Assembly (NCBI RefSeq): GCF_006345805.1
Contig: NC_043014.1
Location: 34,720,001-34,784,000, forward strand
Source: Octopus sinensis
Taxonomy: Eukaryota
Direction: 5' to 3'
Length of the DNA: 64,000 nucleotides
A program made the position numbers and the translations under genes. Shown one piece after another: positions 38,011 to 51,509 of the stretch (within the stretch, counting starts at the first letter, position 1; every line of letters starts with the position of its first letter). The notes under the pieces were generated by a model that worked only from the letters and a program-made list of their open reading frames with translations, had not been told where the DNA came from and made no database searches.

Positions 38011-38976
38011 AGAGAGAGTGATAGATATTCATACATATATTATCAAATTTTATAGTATTAAGTATCCATACGGTTTACCCATAACGGAATCCATAAATAC
38101 GGTACCATCAAAGTTAGTGGAATAGATTTTTATATTCTTCCATGTGGATGGAATTAAAACAAAAGACTTTAATTTTTCATTCTAATAACCTCTATGTTCA
38201 AAGTCTATGAAATAAAACCATTTATGTATCGGTGAGATTTAGGAGAAAGAATCCAATCAACTGTACACTCCATCATTTGGAGACCATCAAGAAAGAGAAC
38301 TTAGAAGCTAGGTTGAAAATTGATTCAGGGGAAACAACTCTGCCACGTAACATTTTCGTGTGATGTGAGAAATATGCTACTAAAATCTCCTCGCCTCTCT
38401 AATTCATTTGCTCGCTTCAGTTATAGGACTATACCGCAGCCCTACAGGGGCATCTTCTTCAAATACTGAATCGATCTAAGTACTTAATCTAATCTGGTAC
38501 TAATTTTATCGATCTTTTAGGTCGACCCGTTAAATGCAGGGTATAAAAGAATACAGCATAACAAAAATTGTTAAAACAAGTGTAAACATACACAGGCGCG
38601 TGCACACACAAACACAGATCTACAAAAACATTTACCCAGGGTTTTATAACTCTATCAAGCGTTTATTTATCAGTATATATTTCTAAACAATACGTTATTG
38701 TCAAAGTCAATCTTACAACAGGTTATTGGGAGAAGCAAGAGGGACCTGATTCAATTTTCTTCTTCAACTTACAACTTGATATTCTGATGCATCAATATGC
38801 TAGAAATAGCGACCAAATTTCTGCTCAATACTGTCATAGATATGCTAGTGGAAAATGTAGTCCTAAATAGTCTTCCAAGGGTGTCTGCAATTAGTTGAAG
38901 TTTATTCAGAGCAGAGACATGACATAAATACTAGCAGCAGAGAGGACTCTGCTAAAGGCACCAAGAGCCATGAGAT

Positions 38977-39242
38977 GGTATTTAACATGGGAAAGGCGGT
39001 GAGCTGGCAGAAACGTTAGCACGCTGGGCGAAATGCTTAGCAGTATTTCGTCTGCCATTACGTTGTGAGTTCAAATTCCGCCGAGGTCGACTTTGCCTTT
39101 CATTCTTTTGGGGTCGATAAATTAAGTACCAGTTACGCACTGGGGTCCACATAATCAACTTAATACCTATGTCTGTCCTTGTTTGTCCCCTCTATGTTTA
39201 GCCCCTTGTGGGTAATAAAGAAATAGGTATTTAACATGGGAA
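38977..39242 (+). mobile_element. Nin-domain SINE with 17-bp TSD
   Basis: TSD GGTATTTAACATGGGAA at 38977-38993 and 39226-39242. Confidence 0.92.
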
Positions 39243-40070
39243 CCATTTAAGTCTGTCATCCCAAAACAAGGTTCCAACATAGTCTCCAACAAACAAATTT
39301 AACTCACAAACCTTTGGTCAATCCAAGGTTATGAAAGTGCAAGGTACAACACATTGGGAACGAACTTAAAACCCCATGGTTGCAAAATAAGCTTCTTTAT
39401 TATGAGAAAAGAGGAGTGTTTCTTTTTTGTTTTGGTGGGGAGCTGAATCAGACAATTATGAAGAGCTGATCAATTGTCCAGAATAAAGGAACGATTGCTG
39501 CTAATAGAAACATGACACATCTGGAGTGTAACCTCACACAATTTTTAGTAACACTAATGCATTAGATTTAATAAGGAGTCACAGCTAGTCAGGTTGTTAT
39601 GTTGAGTTACTAGCTGAAGAGTTGATGGGTCACATTTTGCCTCCATGATCAAAAGTGACACTTACACATACATAATGGATACATTTCTGTCCACCAAATA
39701 TGTTCACAAAACTCTGGGGCCATAGTAAGGTGCTGCAGTGGGTCTGAACCCACAATCACATGGTTGGAAAATGAACTTCTTAACCACATGGATATGTCTG
39801 TTTATATATATTTACATGCATATATACACATGTGATGTATATATATATAATTGCTAATTACCTCTCCTTAGATTTATTTAGCTACTGATTCATTTATGAT
39901 ACAACTTTCCTGCTTCTAACATGGAATTAAAATTTCTTATCCATGAAATTGAAATATTTACATTAATTTCATGGACATCATTAGCAAAGTGAAACCGGTT
40001 GACTTTGTAAATATTCTATCTCATAAAAGATACATACATTACATTCTGTACATTTTAGATTTTTTTTTAC

Positions 40071-40101
<31 letters not shown>

Positions 40102-40668
40102 CATACATACATACATATATTTATACAACCCACACACCCACATATATATTAACTGAAAGGTTACAAGTCTGAAGTACAGCAGCATAAATCATAAATTAAT
40201 ATTTAACCTTATAGACCTGTCAACTTACCTGTAAACATGTACAACTCCAAGAGCCAGCAAGGGAGTGTCTATGAAGTTGGTCAATCTGGTAGAAACAGCA
40301 GCCAAATCTCCATCATACCAGACCTATCTGGTTTGGGAAAAAAGATACACTGAACAATATGGCCCTAATATACATGTACCAAGATAGCATACAGACACTT
40401 TTATTCACTAAGAAATTGATGGATATTTCCAGTGTATGAATGTTGGTATTCTTACTTTAGAAATAAAATCCAAGACTAGTACTACAAACATATCCAGGAC
40501 AAAGAGTTACCAGATGCTTATCAGAGATCAAAAGCTGATTAAAACATGTAAATGCTAAAGATATAGTTAATTACCTTACCACCACCCATCAAAAAACAAC
40601 ATAAGCAAACTATAATTGTATAAACAACTCAATTATCAGTGGTACTGAGATTAAATCCTACTGGGGTT

Positions 40669-40669
<1 letters not shown>

Positions 40670-40747
<78 letters not shown>

Positions 40748-40825
40748 ATATACATCTATATATATATAATATATTATATATATATATATATATTATATAT
40801 ATATATATATATACATATATTATAC

Positions 40826-40914
<89 letters not shown>

Positions 40915-41229
40915 TATATAAAAGGGCTTAGTAAAAAATTACTTTGCCGCATACTGAACTCATTAGAAATAGCAGCCAAAAAACTTTTTTAGGCTATTTC
41001 TAATACTTAAAGAAAATCTCTCTCATATATAGTGTTTGCATAATTCAACTCACAAAAGTTTGGGGTAATGACATCGAAAAATCAAATGCTAAGGTTATTC
41101 GAGAACGTACGTTTCAAGATTAGTCAAAACAACATTTCTATCATCGGCTCGGAAATTCCTTGGTTTGGATTTGGAACACTGAAAATAAGAACATACCCTC
41201 TCGAAGATCTGCTCCCATATATATATTAC

Positions 41230-41260
<31 letters not shown>

Positions 41261-41366
41261 TATCTATATATATATACACATATATATATATTATATAATA
41301 CATATATTATATATATATAATATATATATATACATATATATATATATACATATATATTATATATAC

Positions 41367-41401
<35 letters not shown>

Positions 41402-41402
41402 C

Positions 41403-41448
<46 letters not shown>

Positions 41449-41607
41449 ATACATATATATATATATAACATATATATATATATATCATATATATATAATA
41501 TAACATATATATATATATATACATATATATATATTATACATATATATATATATATACATATATATATAATATATATATATATATACATATATATACATAT
41601 TATATAT

Positions 41608-41678
<71 letters not shown>

Positions 41679-41685
41679 CATATAC

Positions 41686-41727
<42 letters not shown>

Positions 41728-41776
41728 TAATATATATATTATATACATATATATATATACATATACATATATATAC

Positions 41777-41810
<34 letters not shown>

Positions 41811-41905
41811 TAATATATACATATATATTATATATAATATATATATATATAATATATATAATATACATATATATACATATATATACAATACATACATATA
41901 CTATG

Positions 41906-41961
<56 letters not shown>

Positions 41962-41973
41962 ATATACATATAC

Positions 41974-42021
<48 letters not shown>

Positions 42022-42025
42022 ATAT

Positions 42026-42059
<34 letters not shown>

Positions 42060-42060
42060 A
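40670..42060. repeat. Large (TA)n/(TACA)n low-complexity tract split by a 300-bp non-microsatellite insert (about 40920-41215)
   Basis: Directly visible. Confidence 0.95.
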
Positions 42061-43571
42061 TCATCATCATTTAACATCCAATTCATGGATTGGATGTTCT
42101 GATTGGAGCTGGCAAGACTGGAGGGCTGCATCAGGTTTCAGTCATGTTTTGGCAAGGTTTCTATGGCTGGATGCCCTTCCTAACATCAACCACTTTACAG
42201 TGTACTGAGTGATTTTGTGTGGTGCTGGCAAAGGTGTTTTTATGTGGTGCCGGTACAGGTGGTCCTTATGTGGTGCTGGCATGGGTGCTCTTTATGTGAT
42301 GCCAGCATAGGTGCTTTTTACAAATGGATAAATGAGCAATCACGAGGTATCAAATCAACCTATAACATATTTCTATAATGTGGTAAAAAATGCAAATATA
42401 GGTAGCAAGAGACTTTCTAGAGTCCAGAATATGAAAAGTTTATAATTCATACATAGATAAGTAGATCGATGATGTCACAAGTTAAAAAAACAAACAACTT
42501 GGAATTGAAGGAACACTTACAGCTGTTTCAAGAATAGGTGTATGCTTGATGTAGACTCATGCATATTGTTTGTAGCACAAATAGTTGCAACCTATACCAT
42601 AATCAGAAGAATAATAGTAGCAAGGAAATTGCAAGTTAAGATTATGTATATATGTTTTTTATCTGAATGGCTATTGGCCTTTTGTAACTGTGATCCTTTC
42701 AAGAAGTTTCTAATCTGCAAGTGTTTATGCATCCGGAATTACTTTCAGATATATCACATCTTAAGACACCTTTTACTGTTGTAACATAATACATAGTTTA
42801 AGGTGCAAATTATTTTGAGAGAAAATACATGAACTCCTGTAAGCTCAGTCTATTCAGCTGTAAATAAGTAATTTAAAGAAGCACTTTTCACTCTTGCATA
42901 GCTGCTCTAACCATGTATCTCTTAGCAATAAAAATTCTTAAAAGTAAGTAGGCAATCTCCAGCACTCTGCAACATCTATTAAAGGCAGCTGCTAAGAATT
43001 TCTTTAACAACCCATTACACAAAAAATTGCTTTTTATATTCTGCAATCTTTCAACTTGTTTGTCAGATTTGGGTGTAAAATAAACAAAAGCTGTAAGGGT
43101 GAGTACTCAGTTATATAATCAAATACAGAAATAAGCAGATGAGAGATTAATATCCACCCAGTTAAGTAATATTGGTTTCAGATTTGGGTACGAGGCCAAC
43201 CTGGTTAGGTAATATTCAAAAATCATTTCATAAGTAAATTGAAGTGTTTTCAATTAATGATATTTAACATCATAGTTAAAATTATAATTTCCCAGACATT
43301 ATTGTAATTTTTTAGAATATATATTTACAATATTCATATCTACTTTACATTTCAGTTTGATTTCTGATCATCATTAGTAGGCGTCTTATCCCTTGATGTG
43401 TTCATGGTACTAGGGAGGGTTTGAACTAGGAACCTTTATTTCTCAACTAAGTATGATATTTCTACTCCATAAAGTCATATAATGATGATTAGGGACCAAA
43501 CTAATCAAAACGTATAGATATAAATATTGGTTTCAAATTTAAATACAAGGTCAACAATTCGAGGTGGGGGT

Positions 43572-43822
43572 TATACTGATCCCAGTAAAGGCGGCGAGCT
43601 AGCAGAAACGTTAGCACGCCGGGCAAAATGTGTAGCTGTATTTCGTCTGCCGTTACGATCTGAGTTCAAATTCCGCCGAGATCGACTTTGCCTTTCATCC
43701 TTTCGGGGTCGATAAATAAAGTACCAGTTTCGCACTGGGGTTAATGTAATCGACTTAATCCTTGTTTGTCCCCTCTATGTTTAGCCCCTTGTGGGCAATA
43801 AATAAATATATACTGATCCCAG
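43572..43822 (+). mobile_element. Nin-domain SINE with 15-bp TSD, nested in an older minus-strand Nin-SINE (about 43505-43930)
   Basis: TSD TATACTGATCCCAGT at 43572-43586 and 43808-43822. The flanks rejoin into the reverse complement of the same family. Confidence 0.88.
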
Positions 43823-44251
43823 TGTTCAACTGGTACTTCCTTGGCAGAATTTGAACTCACAATGTGAAGACATGAAATGCTGCCAAGCATTTTGCCTGGT
43901 ATGCTAATCACTCTGCCAACTCACCATCTTATAACTGTAGATAGATAGAGAAAAGTTACCTAAGAGGTTGAAGCACTGGAGAATTAGAATTATATTAATC
44001 AACCTTAGACCACTGCTATTGTTGTTTTAATATACATTACTGCAGGTAGGTATGGGTTGGATGGATAAGCAGTAGAGCATATCAACATTTGATTCATTCC
44101 TTCTCAAATTTATTTGGTCTGGCAACACTTCTCCGATACTTCTGTCAAAGCCACCTGTCATCTACCACTAACATATAACAGTCTGTCATTCAGTTCATGT
44201 CCATTCATATCATGTTACCAGAACAGTTGTCTCTATTACCAATGTCATTAA

Positions 44252-44423
44252 CCCTTTAGCATTTAAACTGGCCATATCCGGCCCTAATACTCAGGGTCTT
44301 TTAATGTTCAAACTGGCCAAATCCAGCTTTTCACATCATTGAAATCTCAAAGCTACAAGATAATTCAAAAGACTCTGAATAAATAAGCATCACATTTGAC
44401 AGAATAATTTGAATGCTAAAGGG
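44252..44423. mobile_element. piggyBac-like MITE (TTAA|CCCTTTAGCATT...AATGCTAAAGGG|TTAA)
   Basis: TIRs with CCC/GGG ends and TTAA on both sides. Confidence 0.85.
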
Positions 44424-44495
44424 TTAACCCTATACTACTTAAATTACTGATATGCAAGAAAAAAGTTATTTATTGTTCTTTTATAGTGTATTTAA

Positions 44496-44716
44496 CCCTT
44501 TAGTTTTCAGATTACTCTGTTAAATGTAATACTTTTTCACTCAAATTGTTTTGAATTAAATCATGCATTATCTTATAGCTTTGAGGTTTCAGTGATGTGA
44601 TTGTTTATTTTTAGCATGACATTGTAGGTTAGGTGTGAGAGGCTAGATATCGCCAGTTTGAATATAAAACATTTAGAATATTTGGGCCGGATATGGCTGG
44701 TTTAAACACTAAAGGG
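44496..44716. mobile_element. Second piggyBac-like MITE, opposite internal orientation
   Basis: TTAA|CCCTTTAG...CTAAAGGG|TTAA. The interior is the reverse complement of the neighbouring copy. Fragments of the family also occur near 18930 and 51375. Confidence 0.85.
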
Positions 44717-44739
44717 TTAAGGACAAGTGATACTATGAA

Positions 44740-45020
44740 TGACAGCAACATATGACAAATGAATGCCTTTATGGAGACCGGCTGAAGGTCAGTGAGATCA
44801 AGCACTGTGTGTGCCACCTTGAACTGGAAGCAAGCAAATTAGTCTTGTGGGACCCACTTCATGGTGATGTAGGAAGAGGAAAACATTGACACACATCAAC
44901 AACCTGATTGCAGACACTGGCCTGGAATGAATCCAAGACCTTGAGGCAGTGATGTTAGACCAAAGAGTGTGGCAGATGAACTTTGTTGCTGTGGCCCAGG
45001 TTGGAACCTGACCATATAAA
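44740..45020 (+). mobile_element. Decayed RTE-clade LINE 3' end
   Basis: ...ELEASKLVLWDPLHG..GRGK..LTHINNLIADTGL...DLEAVMLDQRVW, with frameshifts. Confidence 0.55.
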
Positions 45021-45140
45021 GGTAAAAAAGCATTTAATGTAAAAGAAATATGCATAAAATGTTTATCTGTCTATTTGTTTGCTTGCTTTTCTATGTTAGC
45101 ATAGGTTAAATGAATGTTATTGCAATATTGTTTTACAGTC

Positions 45141-45388
45141 AGATACCCTTCAATAGGTGGCGAGCTGGCAGAAACGTTAGCACGCCGGGCAAAATACTTA
45201 GTGGTATTTCGTCTGTCTTTATGTTCTGAGTTCAAATTCTGCCAAGGTCAACTTTGCCTTTCATCCTTTTGGGGTCAATAAATTAAGTACCAGTTACACA
45301 CTGGAGTCGATGTAATCGACATAATTTCTTGTCTGTCCCCTCTATGTTTAGCCTCTTGTGGGCAATAAAGAAATAAGATGCCCTTCAA
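45141..45388 (+). mobile_element. Nin-domain SINE with 13-bp TSD (1 mismatch)
   Basis: AGATACCCTTCAA at 45141-45153 and AGATGCCCTTCAA at 45376-45388. Confidence 0.85.
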
Positions 45389-46032
45389 AACATATACTCA
45401 TAACTGTTTCCCAAGTAAAGGATCTCTTATTCCACACAGCTTTGAAGGCATGAAGCAAGCAAATTATTGACTGAAGTAATGTCAACAATAACACCACTTG
45501 AACATCAGGAGTTTCAAATAAGTAGGTGCAGATGTAAACATAGACATACACATGTGCATGTACATACATACTTTTCATTTTTTTTTTTATTCTGTCATTT
45601 TCTGTTCATCAAACCTACCTACAAAGCTTTGGTCAGCTTGAGACTATAGCAGCAAACATTTACCTAAGGTGCCATGCAGTGGGGTTGAACCCGAAACAAA
45701 GTGGTTGGGAAATGAACTTAACCACAGAGCCATCATCATCATTTAATGTCCACTTTCCATGCTGACATAGGTTTGACAGATTCCAGCTGTCTGTTGTGGC
45801 AGGGTTTCTACAACTGGATGCCCTTCCTAATGCCAACCACTTAATAGTGTGCTGGGTGACTTTTACATGCCATCAGCACAGGTGTGTTTACACAGCACTG
45901 GCACAAGTGCTTTTTAAGTGTCACCAGCACCTGAAAGGACAAGCCTTCCTTATTTAAGATGGTAGGGGTCATTTGGTTGCAACTTCTAATCAAATTAAGG
46001 GACTACATAAGGGCTTCTCATGAGATCTTTGG

Positions 46033-46078
<46 letters not shown>

Positions 46079-48806
46079 TATCTATAAAGCTGAAATGCAA
46101 AAAAGTTGTTTGATTTCTTGGTTATTTGTCTCATTTTGAGACAAGTATTTGTATGTGGCAGTATAAGAAAAATTTTTAACTAAGAATAAACCTCTCCATC
46201 TAACATTTGGTGAGCTGGAGACAGTCTCTGACAGAATACCATGACTTGTAAGTCAGGTGACCTTTAAGAGAACTAGATATAGATGACTGGGATTGCAAGC
46301 AAGCTGACCGCAAAGTATTTGTATGTGGCAGACGTAAGAGAATAGTTAGCATTCAGTGCAGTAGTAAAAGATATTTTCCTCAATGTTTGGATGACAAAAG
46401 AATGCAACATATGGCAAGGCACTGTGTTGGAGAGACCCATCCAACTCAAGCAAACATGGAAAAGCAGACATTTAAATGATGGTAATGAGATATACATACA
46501 TACACACACATATTTTATATATATACCATATTTTGGCATTAGGAAGGGCATCCAGCTGTAGAAACCATGCCAAATCAGACTGGAGTCTGGTGGAAGCCCT
46601 TCAGTTCACCGGCCCTGGTCAAGCCATCCAACCCATGCCAGCATGGACAATGGATGTTAAATGAAAAAATGATGATATACACACACATCTACAGAAACAG
46701 AGAGACGGACAGAGTGAAAAATAATACAAAAAAGATCAGCATGTAGGGTTTCTTGTACAAAATCTAAATGAAAGGAAAAAATTTGAAAATATTTCCAAAT
46801 TAGCAACAGTAAAAGCAACAGCACTACCATCGTCTTCAACTACAGCCAAACATCACCACCAGCAGCAACAACAACAATAAAGTATGAAGTACAAAAGTGA
46901 TAAAGCAATGTTGAGTCATAGAACTAGTTTTGGTCTTACTCCAAACCTTAGACTTTATTCAACAACTTCAAAAAAAAAAAACAGTTTTACTCTTGTGATC
47001 TCTGAAAGTTCTATTATATGCCTCCATCAGGAATTAGTCAATCGGATGAATTCTTATAATCCAGACATTTTACTTGGGAATTGCTCCTCATTGGTCAGTT
47101 TTAAGACCTAATTTAGGCAGTAGCGTAACCTAAAACTTCTGGTCCATTTGGGGGAAAAAATGTAATCAATATCATCACTAGATTTCTCTATACAATTTCA
47201 GAAAATGATCCAAGATATCAAGATATCATCTTTTTGTAGTCAAAACATTAGTGGCAAATTTAATAGAACTGCAGTTGCCATTTCTGAAGGTAAGAAGGGG
47301 AGGGTGGGAGGAAGAGAGAGAGAGGGGGGAGGGAGAGAAATATAGAAGGAAAGAAACAGACAGCTTCACAACAATGTGTAGTTTAATTTAAAGTCATTAC
47401 AGATAACGTACAAAATGGCAACCAACTGATCAATGAACTGTAGAATTAAAATTATTTCACTCAGTAGTTGTTGCTGTCTTCTGCCATTTCAGATAAGCTA
47501 CCATTGAGGATATCGCAAGGAGAGTGAATTCCTGGCAGTCCTCTTCGTTTCAGGGTCTCCCTCTGAGGAGAATAGACCAAAGGAGTTTCCTGTTGTTCTC
47601 CAGCCACACAGCAGAAAACTGAATCCAGTACTATCGGTCAACAAAACACTCATTGTTTACAGCAGTGATTCTGTATCTACTCCTTGATACTCATTTTACA
47701 ACTAGGTGGGTTTGAGTCCAGAACAGGTTCAGCTGGCCTTTACACGTGGACACAGAGTAAGCATCAGTGGTGTGATATTAAACATTATTAACAATTCAGT
47801 TGGTTGTCCAGCATCCTATTGATTCACTCCAGTCAGTGTGTGTGTGTGTGTGTGGCGAAAGTATTCATTTGCTGAAGAACAAACTGTAAGTGATGGTGTC
47901 CAATCAATTAGTCTTGGGAGTCAGGCACAAATCAGACAGTCTGTGCCATTCAGTTCTGAGAAATTACCATGTTTCCCCAACCCCCCCTGCCCCCCAAACT
48001 CCCACTAACATTGTACAGAAAACCACACAAGAACAATTGACTGCTATAAAAATAAAAAATAATTTCTATATGAATGTTTGGGATGAATAGCCGTTTAGCT
48101 CTATGCAACAGTTGGCATTTGTATTCTTTGTTTTTTAAATTTTTTTTTGTTTTGTTCTTTTTTTTTTTCTGTGGAGGCATCAAAAATCAGTCTACATTGA
48201 ATGACTAAGAAACATAGAAGAATATAAGAACAAGATTTTCTTAAATCAATGCCAATATCTTGAGGCACTTTAAGACATCAGGTGACAATTGAATAAAAAA
48301 GTATTTGGAAGATAATTGGCTAATAGTTCTTCCAACAATTTTTATTATAATTTTCTTGAAGAGTCAATATTTAAAAAGATATTTGAATCATGTACTCCAA
48401 AAGGAGGACATAATATAATTTTGATCTCAGTGTTATAAATATTTGATACTGAATGAAAACAGTCAGAGACTGCCACCACTTTCAGTTCCAGGCAGATTGT
48501 ACAGTGTCTAGACTGCGGTTAATAAGCAGTCCAAGTGAAACATGTAAATAATCATAATAGCCAAGTTTGAAAAATAGATTGGTTAGGTCAGCTGCAAACC
48601 TACACTTGTGCTGCAGTAATTTACACCTGTTTAATAACAAGTTAATTAGAAACAAGTGTTAAGATTGTAAAATAGCTATTTGACAATATACTGGAAGAAA
48701 TAACATAATTTCAGTTATTCTAGACCAGTAGCAGATAGATTAGAGGAAGATGTGTCTATGACATATATATATACACATACACACATATACATATGTATAC
48801 ATACAC

Positions 48807-48837
<31 letters not shown>

Positions 48838-48904
48838 TCCATATACACATATACACGCACACCTACACATGTATATATATGTTCATATATAAATATATAC
48901 AAAT

Positions 48905-48909
<5 letters not shown>

Positions 48910-48938
<29 letters not shown>

Positions 48939-49309
48939 CTAAGCATATGCACACATTTGTATATACACACACACATGCACATACACACAGAGCATAAAAA
49001 CATTCAGAGAATTACAACAACAAAAAAACTTTTGAATTATAAAAATAAATTTCAAAATGCTTAAATTTTTGTTTGAAAAAATAAAATAAATGAAAAATAA
49101 TACAAGAAAAAAATTCCTAAAAATCATAATAACACAGGTTTTTTTTTTTGTAGATTTCTGAGAAAAATATTAAGGCTGTATATATATTCTTTAACTCTCT
49201 TTAAAAGCACCTCCACCCACCTAGCATTGGCCATACTCATATGTATATTGATTTATTACCTAGGTGTATCAACTTCATCTCCCTTACATTATATGTGAAT
49301 ATGTATGCA

Positions 49310-49342
<33 letters not shown>

Positions 49343-49725
49343 GACTAAGCATATGCACACATTTGTATATACACACACACATGCACATACACACAGAGCA
49401 TAAAAACATTCAGAGAATTACAACAACAAAAAAACTTTTGAATTATAAAAATAAATTTCAAAATGCTTAAATTTTTGTTTGAAAAAATAAAATAAATGAA
49501 AAATAATACAAGAAAAAAATTCCTAAAAATCATAATAACACAGGTTTTTTTTTTGTAGATTTCTGAGAAAAATATTAAGGCTGTATATATATTCTTTAAC
49601 TCTCTTTAAAAGCACCTCCACCCACCTAGCATTGGCCATACTCATATGTATATTGATTTATTACCTAGGTGTATCAACTTCATCTCCCTTACATTATATG
49701 TGAATATGTATGCATGTGTGTGTAT
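48910..49725. repeat. Near-perfect 406-bp tandem duplication with (TA)n junctions
   Basis: Identical ORFs at 48939 and 49345. The only difference seen outside the TA junctions is T11 versus T10 in one homopolymer. Confidence 0.92.
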
Positions 49726-50501
49726 ATATATATAAATATATTTATACATATACATGTGTATATATACATACACACATATATATACATACACACACACACG
49801 TGTGCATACATGTATATGCATGTATATATATATATGCAGCACATATACATACATACATATGCATGTGTATATATATATATATATGCAGCACATATACATA
49901 CATACATATATATATACTCACACACAGGCATACACATATACACACACACACACATACATAGCTTGAAGAGGGAATTCATAATTACATTCTCATGTCGGCA
50001 ATATATAATATATATATATATATATAAACACACACACACATACATACATATGTATATATTACTCTAACGTTTGTGTGTAAAGAGGACACTTATTTTAAAC
50101 ACAAACAGTAACGATCCAATCCTTTCTATATTCACTCCTTCAAGTGACAAAAAAAAAAAGAAAAAGACACCTTCGTGTCACTTCAATGATCACACACAGC
50201 AAAATGATTCACTCTGTTGCTTACTGAAAGCAGCAACAGAGAAAAACATCAGCTCCGAATGAATAAATAAAACCTCCACTACACGTATCAAGTAATTTTT
50301 ATCCTGTTTAAACATCCAACACACACACATGCATACATTATAAAATAATTATGTACTCCACCAGTGTACCTATATATATATATATATATACACACACATA
50401 CAAAAACTATAATATATATATATATATATAAATAATATATATCTATATATATATATAATATATATAATATATATATCTATATATATATATATAATATATA
50501 T

Positions 50502-50544
<43 letters not shown>

Positions 50545-51139
50545 ATATATATAAAATCTATCTATGTATGTACATATATATATTTATTTTGATAGAAAGA
50601 AAATCTGCAGGAATTTCCAAAACTATGGCATGGAGCATACATAGTAAGCCAACATGTAGCATATTGTAACATGTGGGATGTCACAGCATGTGGTACTCTG
50701 ATACACAGTGCATTGTAGAATATGTGTTGTGCCGCTGCATGTGTCATGCCACTCCAATATTAAGTGCTGCCACCTACCTGGCTCATTGCAACATGTGGCA
50801 GGTGTGCTGTCACATGTGGTGCTCTGACATACAGCACATCATTTACATGTGAGCATTTGAAGAAACGGTTGCTGCTGACAGAAATAGCTAGAAGAAATGG
50901 TGGGAAGGAGAAAGACCATCACTCGGGTGAGTCTTCAGGTTGCATGGGGGGGAAAATAGCTAGCACCATGTAATAATGTCAACGGTGATGTAACATCCGT
51001 CAATGGTATTTTGGGCACCCCTATACTCCCCACCGCCCACACCATCCTCCCCCAACCCCTAAATCTAGAGGGACATGCTAGCAGCCGTTATTTCAGCTAC
51101 CACTATTTGGGCTAAAAAATTTAACCAAAAAAATATTTT

Positions 51140-51145
51140 TTTATT
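51140..51145 (-). terminator. Candidate proximal polyadenylation signal (AATAAA) of DEDD
   Basis: AATAAA on the minus strand about 45 nt after the stop codon, followed by a U-rich stretch. Confidence 0.35.
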
Positions 51146-51190
51146 CAATATTAATAATAATTAAAAAAATGTTAATGTCAGCCTTGTTCT

Positions 51191-51300
51191 TTAATCTTGG
51201 AGATTCTGGAGTAACTTCAGTCGACCAGCTTCATAATCATCTTCATCCACATTAACAAGTAACTTGATGGCTTCATGGCCAACAGCCTGTTTCAAGGACT
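51191..51300 (-). CDS. DEDD: DEDD terminal coding exon: (E)SLKQAVGHEAIKLLVNVDEDDYEAGRLKLLQNLQD*
   Basis: Acceptor TCTTTTGCAG at 51310-51301; phase 1 matches the upstream exon. The peptide matches the recalled vertebrate DEDD C-terminus DSLKQAVGHEAIKLLVNVDEEDYE. Confidence 0.93.
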
Positions 51301-51509
51301 CTGCAAAAGAGGTATTATTAATAACATTAGAAGATGATAACCTTTCATACTTTAAAGTAAATCAAATAACTTTAACTCTTTAGCATTCAGATTACTCTGT
51401 CAAATGTATACATAGTCATATTATTTTGAATTAATCATGCATTATCGTATAGCTTTGAGGTTTCAACAATAACATTGCGATAATTTATTTCCCAGCAATC
51501 AAAGGTTAT

